DNA of 48,670 nucleotides, taken from positions 1 through 48,670 of IMG/VR virus record IMGVR_UViG_3300027784_000001; one strand, given 5' to 3'. Below are positions 43,378-48,670 of this stretch, piece by piece (within the stretch, counting starts at the first letter, position 1; every line of letters begins with the position of its first letter). Made by a program: the position numbers and the translations under genes. Source of the stretch: a virus. The notes below the pieces were generated by a model. It saw nothing but the letters and a program-made list of their open reading frames with translations, searched no databases and was not told where the DNA came from.

Positions 43378-43987
43378 AGATAAATACCTGACATATAATG
43401 AGCTCATGCGCAGCTACCGCGCCTGTGATGAGGCATTGGATACCTTCGCCAAAGTGCTAGGCCGCGATGGCCACCTGTCGCTGGGGAAGTCCGGCCTTAT
43501 CGGCTTGCTGATGCACCCCGAAGGGCGCCAGCATATCGGCTGGCTACTGTGGAGCACTCCGGCTAACTGGCATTTAGATATGCTGGACCTCAGCGGTGTG
43601 CAGCTGCCCCAGCTGTGTTTTAGGCAGGAGCACGTCACTTCTTGCAAGTTTGTCGGCACCGGGCTGCACAGGGCATGCTTTCGCCGGTCCTATATCGACG
43701 ACTGCAACTTCTCCGGGGCCTCGCTACAGTATGCCAACTTCCGATTCAGCCATATCAGCGATACCTCTTTCGCCAGCGCAGACCTACGTGCTGCGTACCT
43801 CTCCGAGGCCGACCTGTCCTGCTGCCATTTCTATAAGGCAGACCTACGGGGGGCTACCTTCCGACAAGCCAGCCTGATGGGCTGCTTCTTCGGGGACGCT
43901 AAACTCGAAGGGGCAGACTTCCGAGAGGCCGCCGGGCTCGACCCCGACCAGCGGGAGTACTTGGCGCAGATGGGGGCCACCGTATGA
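43370..43987 (+). CDS. Pentapeptide-repeat protein (paralog 2)
   Basis: The N-terminal domain aligns with paralog 1: LGKSGLIGLLMHPEGRQHIGWLL vs AGDSGLAGLLLHEDARQHIGWLV. Repeats include FSGASLQYANFRFSHISDTSFASADLRAAYLSEADLSCCHFYKADLRGATF. Confidence 0.8.
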   Translation: MSEDKYLTYNELMRSYRACDEALDTFAKVLGRDGHLSLGKSGLIGLLMHPEGRQHIGWLLWSTPANWHLDMLDLSGVQLPQLCFRQEHVTSCKFVGTGLHRACFRRSYIDDCNFSGASLQYANFRFSHISDTSFASADLRAAYLSEADLSCCHFYKADLRGATFRQASLMGCFFGDAKLEGADFREAAGLDPDQREYLAQMGATV

Positions 43988-45054
43988 GAGGGCGCAAAGC
44001 CGACCAGATAATCATTGACGACCCTGCACCGAAAGGGGACAAGATGCGACCATATAAAAACGCCGCAGAGGCCCTTGCTGATTTGCCCAAGGCCGAGAAG
44101 GTCTACCCCGGCGACAAGCGCCTGCCATACGAAGCCCTTGCTACGCTGTACTACCGCCTACGCAGCCGGGCGGCACAGGCCATGGCAGAGGGCTGGAATA
44201 TTTTCTGTACCGGCACAGCCCGCTCCCCGCAGCTGAGCTACTATCGCATTGCGGGAGGCGCGGACGGAGAAGACTTCTACCTCGCGCTCCTCGATATGAA
44301 GAAAGGCTGCGATTCGGGCTACATAGCGGAAGGCTACAACCTCCCCGAGCTGCGGGCGGTCACCGACCTCGCACTGGCCTTGGCGCCGGGGCGGCTCATC
44401 ATCCCCGTTGATACCCCGCGGCCTCCCGCCTTTGTAACGTCAGTATTTGCCCAGTCGCGATGTCGGCAGTTTGCCGATTACGAAGTCATTGGCGCGGAGA
44501 CCACGGGCGCGGGCCTCCGCTTACTCGGCATTGGCAGCCGGCAAGCAGCTATTCGCCCCGACGTGAATGAGGCACAAGACTTACAGATGCGGCTTAGGCG
44601 GCAGGCGGCATTCCTTCGGCGCATTGAGTTGGATAGCCATATCAGCCTGTCGAAGATTGCGGAAGCGCTGGCTCTGTATAACCTACGGCGCTACTGCTTT
44701 GTTAACTCCACTACCCTCCAGAGCGGGGTGCTATCCCGCATCGACGGGGACGTGGTTTACCTTGCCCAGCAGCTAGGCGATGGCTTGGGGCCGCGGGTTG
44801 GCGCTAGCCACCGATTCAAAGGAGTAAGTACGATCATCCGGGCAATATTGCTAGAGAAGCATTACCGCACAGCAGTGCGCCAGCACAATAAAATTGTCGG
44901 TGCCCCGGTAGCGAGCTTCATGGCCGCCGCAATGAAACACTGCGAGGGGGGCGGGGCAATGCCGGGCGATGTTGCCGAAGAGTTTGCCGGCCTCTGCTGG
45001 CTACGGAATCAGATGCTTAAAAACAGAATTGAGGAGAGCGCAGATGGGCAGTAA
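43984..45054 (+). CDS. Hypothetical protein (356 aa; start may be the internal ATG at 44044)
   Basis: Long ORF with ATGA overlap to the upstream gene. No recognisable motifs. Confidence 0.6.
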   Translation: MRGRKADQIIIDDPAPKGDKMRPYKNAAEALADLPKAEKVYPGDKRLPYEALATLYYRLRSRAAQAMAEGWNIFCTGTARSPQLSYYRIAGGADGEDFYLALLDMKKGCDSGYIAEGYNLPELRAVTDLALALAPGRLIIPVDTPRPPAFVTSVFAQSRCRQFADYEVIGAETTGAGLRLLGIGSRQAAIRPDVNEAQDLQMRLRRQAAFLRRIELDSHISLSKIAEALALYNLRRYCFVNSTTLQSGVLSRIDGDVVYLAQQLGDGLGPRVGASHRFKGVSTIIRAILLEKHYRTAVRQHNKIVGAPVASFMAAAMKHCEGGGAMPGDVAEEFAGLCWLRNQMLKNRIEESADGQ

Positions 45055-45673
45055 AAGAAAGACTTACGAGTTGTTAATCTCGATTGACCCCGGAAAACAC
45101 GAGGCGGGCTCCGCCGTATTCTGGGACGGCACGCTAGTTGGCGTTGCCTTCTCGGGCAAGACCGGCGACCCATACGCGGAAGCGGACGTAGGCCCACCAG
45201 AAGTCTGCACCGGGCTGGACTTGGCCGGAAAGACGCTCGCCCAGCTGGAAGCCCCGGCTGCGACTAAGGCCCTGCTTGATGCCGAGTCCGAGCACGGAGT
45301 AGAGGGCTTCAATTTCAAGCTCACAGTGGCCTACGAGCGGATGGAGGCACGCAGCAGTAAGCGGAGCGCCCACCGCAACCTCACTGAGCTCTCTGAGATG
45401 GCCGGCGTATTCATCGGCAGGATAGCCAACACAAACTTCGATGATTACTTCCTGTCTCGCGTCTCTCGTGCAGTGGTAGACTACAGCGGGAAGGTCGTGC
45501 CTACGCTCCCCTCGCGGTGGACCGGCAAGCTGAGTAAAAGCCAACACCAGAGCCGGACCATGGGCTCGCTCACCGACGCGGAGCGGGAGCTTGTAGGAGA
45601 GGCCGGCTACGCCGATAATTCGGAAGTCATCGACGCCATTGGCATTGGGCTGTATCGACTAGGGAGAGTATAA
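45044..45673 (+). CDS. RuvC-like Holliday junction resolvase
   Basis: LISIDPGKHEAG (first catalytic Asp), YERMEAR, and C-terminal EVIDAIGIGLY. ATG 45044 with a GAGGAG RBS 7 nt upstream; the listed start 44969 lies inside the previous gene. Confidence 0.6.
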   Translation: MGSKRKTYELLISIDPGKHEAGSAVFWDGTLVGVAFSGKTGDPYAEADVGPPEVCTGLDLAGKTLAQLEAPAATKALLDAESEHGVEGFNFKLTVAYERMEARSSKRSAHRNLTELSEMAGVFIGRIANTNFDDYFLSRVSRAVVDYSGKVVPTLPSRWTGKLSKSQHQSRTMGSLTDAERELVGEAGYADNSEVIDAIGIGLYRLGRV

Positions 45674-46176
45674 TGAGTGCACAGCTACAGATTAACATCG
45701 AAGAGGAGTCTAGCTTCCCGCTTACGGTGCCCTTTGGAGGCAAGGAAGTTGGTGCGGTCTGGGGCACGTTTAGCCATCCCTTCGGGGACCTGCCCCGCTT
45801 CACGGCCCGCGGCGGCCCGGAGCATAAGCCCGTGGCCCCGCTGATTGACGTGATGCCCTCGCCCATCGTCGTTATCCCAGAGCTCCGCGCGAAGCCCCAA
45901 CAGGCCGGCCTCATCAAGCGCTACATGCGCCTACTCCACCGCTCAGACCAGCCTTCGGTGCTGGCTATCTGGGGAGACTTCTGGACCCCTGCAATCATGG
46001 AGAAAGCGGCCCTCTACTCCTACGGCAATAGCGTGTTCCGGGTGGAGGAGGCCACGTGGCAGTTTGGCCGCGTATACGAGACTAGCAGAGTGGTGTACTG
46101 CTACAACGGGCTCGAAGACCCGCACCGCACGCGGCGCCTGAGTAACGGGGTGTCTTTCCGTGTTTCTCACCTGTAA
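45673..46176 (+). CDS. Hypothetical protein (167 aa), last gene before the regulatory hub
   Basis: ORF with ATGA-type coupling to the resolvase gene. Confidence 0.6.
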   Translation: MSAQLQINIEEESSFPLTVPFGGKEVGAVWGTFSHPFGDLPRFTARGGPEHKPVAPLIDVMPSPIVVIPELRAKPQQAGLIKRYMRLLHRSDQPSVLAIWGDFWTPAIMEKAALYSYGNSVFRVEEATWQFGRVYETSRVVYCYNGLEDPHRTRRLSNGVSFRVSHL

Positions 46177-46183
46177 TAGGGTG

Positions 46184-46214
46184 CCCCCATAAAAGGGGGG
46201 AGGGGGAGGGGGGG
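46184..46214 (+). other. C5/G5 hairpin (46184-46199) running into a G6-A-G5-A-G7 tract (46195-46214)
   Basis: Sequence GCCCCCATAAAAGGGGGGAGGGGGAGGGGGGG immediately after the stop codon of the last gene. Confidence 0.5.
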
Positions 46215-46546
46215 TACGCCCCGGCGCCGAGGCAGTTGCCAAAGTGTCCGGGGCTTTTCTGCGCCTGCTTTCTGCGGGCGCTCCGGAGCTCGCCGGGAAA
46301 CACCTCGGAGCTTCGCCGGGAAGAGGGCGGAGTAAGTCTGTAGGAAAGGCAGAGGGGCCGCCGGAGTTACTCGCGGAGCTGCTGAGAAAAGGTCCGCGCT
46401 GCCTCCCAAAATAGTCCGGGACTTGCTGTAGAAATACCCCGGAGCTCTCCGAGGCCCCTAGTGGAAAAGGGCAGAGGGTACTTATAAAATTTTTGAAAAA
46501 TCGCCAGAATAATGTGTATAGGGGTTCATAACCTCCAGCCACCCCG

Positions 46547-46720
46547 TTTGTAACTTTTTGTAACTTTTTGTTAAAAATCGTTAAAAATCGTTAAAAATCG
46601 TTAAAAATCGTTAAATTTTGTTAAATTTTGTAACGGAATGTAAAGCTGGTGATTATGTAACTTTTGGTTAATTTTTGTAACTTTTAGTAAAATATTGTAA
46701 AGCTTTGTTAAGTTGGATTT
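46547..46720. repeat. AT-rich array of 10-bp-phased repeats: 2x TTGTAACTTT, 4x GTTAAAAATC, 2x GTTAAATTTT, then looser TGTAAC/TGTAAA/GTTAA units
   Basis: Strict 10-bp register from 46548 to 46640, visible as identical 10-nt columns in the sequence listing. It degenerates toward 46720. Confidence 0.9.
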
Positions 46721-46740
46721 GTACGAAACTTTACATTCGT

Positions 46741-46756
46741 TGGCACGAACCTTGCA
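46741..46756 (+). promoter_or_regulatory. Sigma54-type -24/-12 element S1: TGGCACGaaccTTGCA
   Basis: Exact fit to TGGCACG-N4-TTGCW. Confidence 0.7.
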
Positions 46757-46794
46757 TGCGCGGACTCGCCCGCGTTACATTTCTTTTCACGCGC

Positions 46795-46810
46795 TGGCAC
46801 GGTTCTTGCT
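46795..46810 (+). promoter_or_regulatory. Sigma54-type -24/-12 element S2: TGGCACGgttcTTGCT
   Basis: Exact fit to TGGCACG-N4-TTGCW. Confidence 0.7.
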
Positions 46811-46850
46811 TTCAAAAATTCCGGCCTTCGCAACACAACTTTACATTCGT

Positions 46851-46866
46851 TGGCACGGATGTTGCA
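46851..46866 (+). promoter_or_regulatory. Sigma54-type -24/-12 element S3: TGGCACGgatgTTGCA
   Basis: Exact fit to TGGCACG-N4-TTGCW. Confidence 0.7.
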
Positions 46867-46905
46867 TGGCCGCCCGCCGGGGAAGTTACATTTCTTTTCA
46901 TTCGT

Positions 46906-46921
46906 TGGCACGGGCCTTGCA
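46906..46921 (+). promoter_or_regulatory. Sigma54-type -24/-12 element S4: TGGCACGggccTTGCA
   Basis: Exact fit to TGGCACG-N4-TTGCW. Confidence 0.7.
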
Positions 46922-46993
46922 TGGCTGGACGGGGCCGACTTGTAACATTTTGTACGTCTATGTAAAAGAATGTTGCGAAATTAATTTCTGGGC

Positions 46994-47009
46994 TGGCACG
47001 AACCTTGCA
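46994..47009 (+). promoter_or_regulatory. Sigma54-type -24/-12 element S5: TGGCACGaaccTTGCA
   Basis: Exact fit to TGGCACG-N4-TTGCW. Confidence 0.7.
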
Positions 47010-47060
47010 ATCCTTTATAGGGGGGGCTGAGCACGGCGATATACTTTCTGACTATGGCGC

Positions 47061-47089
47061 TTGACACCTCCTGCCCTATCCCTTACTTT
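47061..47089 (+). promoter_or_regulatory. Early sigma70-type promoter P1: TTGACA-N17-TACTTT
   Basis: Consensus -35 and 17-nt spacer. The conserved leader GGGGTGCGGCAGACGAGAAC(AC)n...AGAAAAGGA follows. Confidence 0.65.
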
Positions 47090-47136
47090 CGGGGTGCGGC
47101 AGACGAGAACACACTGACCAGAGAAAAGGATTACCA

Positions 47137-47574
47137 ATGCTCCGCATCCATCGTACATACCAACTCAACGGAACGCTCGGCGTTGTCTACAGCGTCGACG
47201 GCCAGCGCTGCTCTACAGCGCTCCCTAAAGGCGTGGAAGGGCGCGAAGCCATCGCCGCCTATCTTGGCGCCGACCTTGACCTTGAACCTGCTAGCGCTCC
47301 CGTGGAGGCGCCGCTTGCGATTGCGAGCGCCGGGTTGGCGCTGGCAGCGTTGGGTGCTCCGTTGGCGTTCGTCGCCACGCTGGCCACGCTGGCGTTGGCT
47401 ATTTGGCTGTCGACTAGTGACGCCACTGGTCCGGCCGGTCGCATTAGCGATGCCACCACGGCCATCCTGCCACCTAGTGGCGACGAGTTGGACTATGCCG
47501 CGTGGCGCGAGGGGATTCAGTCCGCGGAAAGCGCAAGGTGGACGCTGGCCAGAATTTCCGAGAAAAGCGCTTGA
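47137..47574 (+). CDS. Early protein with a central Ala/Leu-rich membrane-spanning region
   Basis: 145 aa with an AAAAGGA RBS. Hydrophobic stretch APLAIASAGLALAALGAPLAFVATLATLALAIWL. Its stop codon TGA lies inside the -35 of P2. Confidence 0.65.
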   Translation: MLRIHRTYQLNGTLGVVYSVDGQRCSTALPKGVEGREAIAAYLGADLDLEPASAPVEAPLAIASAGLALAALGAPLAFVATLATLALAIWLSTSDATGPAGRISDATTAILPPSGDELDYAAWREGIQSAESARWTLARISEKSA

Positions 47575-47599
47575 CACCTGCTCCTGCATCCCTTATTTT
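47571..47599 (+). promoter_or_regulatory. Early sigma70-type promoter P2: TTGACA-N17-TATTTT
   Basis: An ~82-nt promoter block (47555-47636) matches P3 (47917-47993) apart from one extra AC repeat in P2; their leaders diverge at the RBS. Confidence 0.65.
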
Positions 47600-47651
47600 C
47601 GGGGTGCGGCAGACGAGAACACACACACACAGACCAGAAAAGGAATGGCCC

Positions 47652-47915
47652 ATGGATACACCGCGACGAGCACGCAAGACCACCGTTCAGCGCCTTGTAA
47701 GGGGGTTGGAGGCAACCTTAGAGTTTGACCCTCAGACCCTCTATATCTACTCCCCCCGTGGCACGGTATTTAGCGCCACCGGAACGTCCACCATCGCCAT
47801 TGGATTTGCTGATGCTTTTGGTTCGTGGCGTCCAGTTGCTTATGGTGAAGCTGTGGACCTTCTAGACCACGGTGTCGAGTCCGCCCCCGCCGACTACCGC
47901 GGCTGGTGGGAATAA
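47652..47915 (+). CDS. Early hypothetical protein (87 aa)
   Basis: ATG 47652 preceded by GAAAAGGAA. The upstream part of listed ORF 47502..47915 covers the promoter and leader and is rejected. Confidence 0.6.
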   Translation: MDTPRRARKTTVQRLVRGLEATLEFDPQTLYIYSPRGTVFSATGTSTIAIGFADAFGSWRPVAYGEAVDLLDHGVESAPADYRGWWE

Positions 47916-47932
47916 GTTTCCGAGAAAAGCGC

Positions 47933-47961
47933 TTGACACCTGCTCCTGCATCCCTTATTTT
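47933..47961 (+). promoter_or_regulatory. Early sigma70-type promoter P3: TTGACA-N17-TATTTT
   Basis: Same promoter block as P2 (differs only by one fewer AC repeat); the leader diverges at the RBS. Confidence 0.65.
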
Positions 47962-48013
47962 CGGGGTGCGGCAGACGAGAACACACACACTGACCAGAGA
48001 AAAGGATAGCACA

Positions 48014-48214
48014 ATGAACGCCCCACTGTTTGACACCTCGACGGTAATTCTTATCAAAGCGGGGAAGGCTGCGATTCGGGCAGGACATACGCTGGATGAT
48101 TTCCTCGACGGCTACTTGCGCCATAGCGCTGAGCCCGAGCTTGACGCACGCCGCGTCAAGGGGGCGCGATTTGAGTTGGGCGTTTTTGAGCGCTGTGCAA
48201 ATAATCTCAAATAA
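48014..48214 (+). CDS. Early hypothetical protein (66 aa)
   Basis: ATG 48014 preceded by GAGAAAAGGA. Confidence 0.6.
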   Translation: MNAPLFDTSTVILIKAGKAAIRAGHTLDDFLDGYLRHSAEPELDARRVKGARFELGVFERCANNLK

Positions 48215-48218
48215 GCGC

Positions 48219-48247
48219 TTGACAAGGGGCTCGCACCCCGCTATTGT
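48219..48247 (+). promoter_or_regulatory. Early sigma70-type promoter P4: TTGACA-N17-TATTGT
   Basis: Shares AAGCGCTTGACA with P1-P3 but has a different spacer (containing a GGGG/CCCC inverted repeat) and a different leader. Confidence 0.55.
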
Positions 48248-48309
48248 CCCCCTCCCGGCGGAAATGGTTCCCTCGGGGCAAAATTGAAACTCTAGAAAAG
48301 GAATGACCA

Positions 48310-48670
48310 ATGGAATACACCACCGAGAAATCGATTCTCCACCACTCTCGCGACGGCTACAGCGCGCTAGAAGCCACCCTCTTCAACGCTCAACTTTCCA
48401 CGGTCCAGAGGAGCCAGCGCATTGGCGACCGGATTGGCCGGTTCTCAGCACTCCACGGCGCCGGTAGCAGGCTTCGTGCTGGACGCTATGCCGCCGGGCT
48501 GGCGCGCAAAGCGGGTGATGCTTGCCTCGCTAATGCAGCGCGCAAAGCGGCACTTGCCACCTGCGACGCGCTGCAAGTAGCGCTTGGGTTGACTGATATC
48601 AGCGGCATCGATGGCGCCACGACTTGCTACGGCGAATTGGCGCCGGGCGACGTGTTGCAACGCACGGATG
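48310..48670 (+). CDS. 5' part of the early hypothetical protein gene that continues across the junction to base 326
   Basis: ATG 48310 preceded by GAAAAGGAA. The frame is open to the window end, which is why it is absent from the ORF track (no stop in the window). Confidence 0.7.
   Translation, partial: MEYTTEKSILHHSRDGYSALEATLFNAQLSTVQRSQRIGDRIGRFSALHGAGSRLRAGRYAAGLARKAGDACLANAARKAALATCDALQVALGLTDISGIDGATTCYGELAPGDVLQRTD
48572..48670. repeat. Terminal direct repeat, the partner of bases 1-99
   Basis: 99/99 identity. Confidence 0.95.

Noticed and set aside
43984-45054. The 356-aa protein as a recombinase/integrase, because it precedes the RuvC-like gene
   Set aside because: No R..HxxR..Y or serine-recombinase motif and no recognisable RecT/Erf/Rad52 signature. 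It is left as hypothetical.
45943-46542. 199-aa minus-strand ORF spanning the end of gene 45673..46176 and the start of hub 3
   Set aside because: Pro/Ser/Arg/Gly-rich, overlaps a credible + strand gene and has no RBS. It runs through the G-tract and the CGGAGCT repeats.
46547-47010. Possible CRISPR array, given the regularly spaced repeats
   Set aside because: The repeat units are 10 bp with no spacers, or ~55-bp units that differ from each other. There is no constant 25-40-bp repeat alternating with unique spacers and no cas genes.
46705-47030. ORFs 46705..46965, 46713..47030 and 46708..46911(-), with repeated peptide motifs such as RWHGPCM
   Set aside because: The repeated peptides are just translations of the TGGCACG-N4-TTGC repeats in different frames. 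All three frames look equally 'open' here and none has an RBS.
47054-47728. 224-aa ORF crossing promoters P1 and P2
   Set aside because: Trp/Arg-rich nonsense composition. It starts inside the promoter and reads through the P2 promoter and leader. The alternative frame (47137..47574) has a proper RBS and a membrane-protein-like sequence.
1-48670. Lysogeny module (integrase, CI-like repressor, attP), DGR/retron (reverse transcriptase), toxin-antitoxin pairs and CRISPR/anti-CRISPR with recognisable signatures
   Set aside because: No ORF shows tyrosine or serine recombinase, reverse transcriptase or classical repressor motifs by eye. The phage therefore looks virulent or at least non-integrating, which weakens the attP reading of the tRNA-like fragments. 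Remote homologs cannot be excluded without profile searches.

Overview
The window is a complete, circularly closed genome of a tailed dsDNA phage. Bases 1-99 are identical to 48572-48670, so the unique length is 48,571 bp, and one gene (48310 -> 326) crosses the junction. About 70 tightly packed genes all read on the + strand, except one antisense gene between terL and the portal gene. Layout: (i) four near-identical sigma70-type promoter/leader/small-ORF cassettes at 47061-48312, followed by small early genes up to a strong terminator at 2110-2154. (ii) A 1.6 kb non-coding hub at 2103-3726. (iii) Packaging genes (a multi-HTH protein, a terS-like gene, terL), then portal, scaffold/protease-like, capsid and head-tail genes. 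The tail module follows as sheath, tube, a chaperone with a -1 frameshift and the tape measure. A Mu/P2-like baseplate, a tail fibre, a CpdA-like phosphoesterase, an M15 endolysin and a membrane lysis protein complete 3727-25563. (iv) A second non-coding hub at 25538-26086. (v) A replication/recombination module at 26087-46176. It holds a prim-pol/D5-like helicase, a Cas4-like nuclease, a phage sigma factor, an SNF2-like helicase, a family A DNA polymerase, an RlpA-like protein, two pentapeptide-repeat paralogs and a RuvC-like resolvase. (vi) A third non-coding hub at 46177-47136. No integrase, repressor, reverse transcriptase or CRISPR array was seen. All protein calls come from motifs read by eye and from gene order; no database search was run. 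The most unusual content is non-coding. First, five tandem sites match the sigma54 -24/-12 consensus (TGGCACG-N4-TTGC) at 46741-47009, preceded by strictly 10-bp-phased AT-rich TGTAAC/GTTAA repeats. Second, a ~370 bp module is present in two copies (3110-3475 and 25538-25895). It is built from more than 30 GTGACGG/CCGTCAC heptamers at helical spacing around a (TA)n-rich core, so it looks like an origin or a pac site. Third, several short elements are shared between the hubs. Other candidates worth follow-up are the beta-helix / pentapeptide / Zn-ribbon / pentapeptide operon, the antisense gene with its own promoter inside the late operon, and the cyclic-nucleotide-phosphodiesterase-like gene beside the lysis genes.
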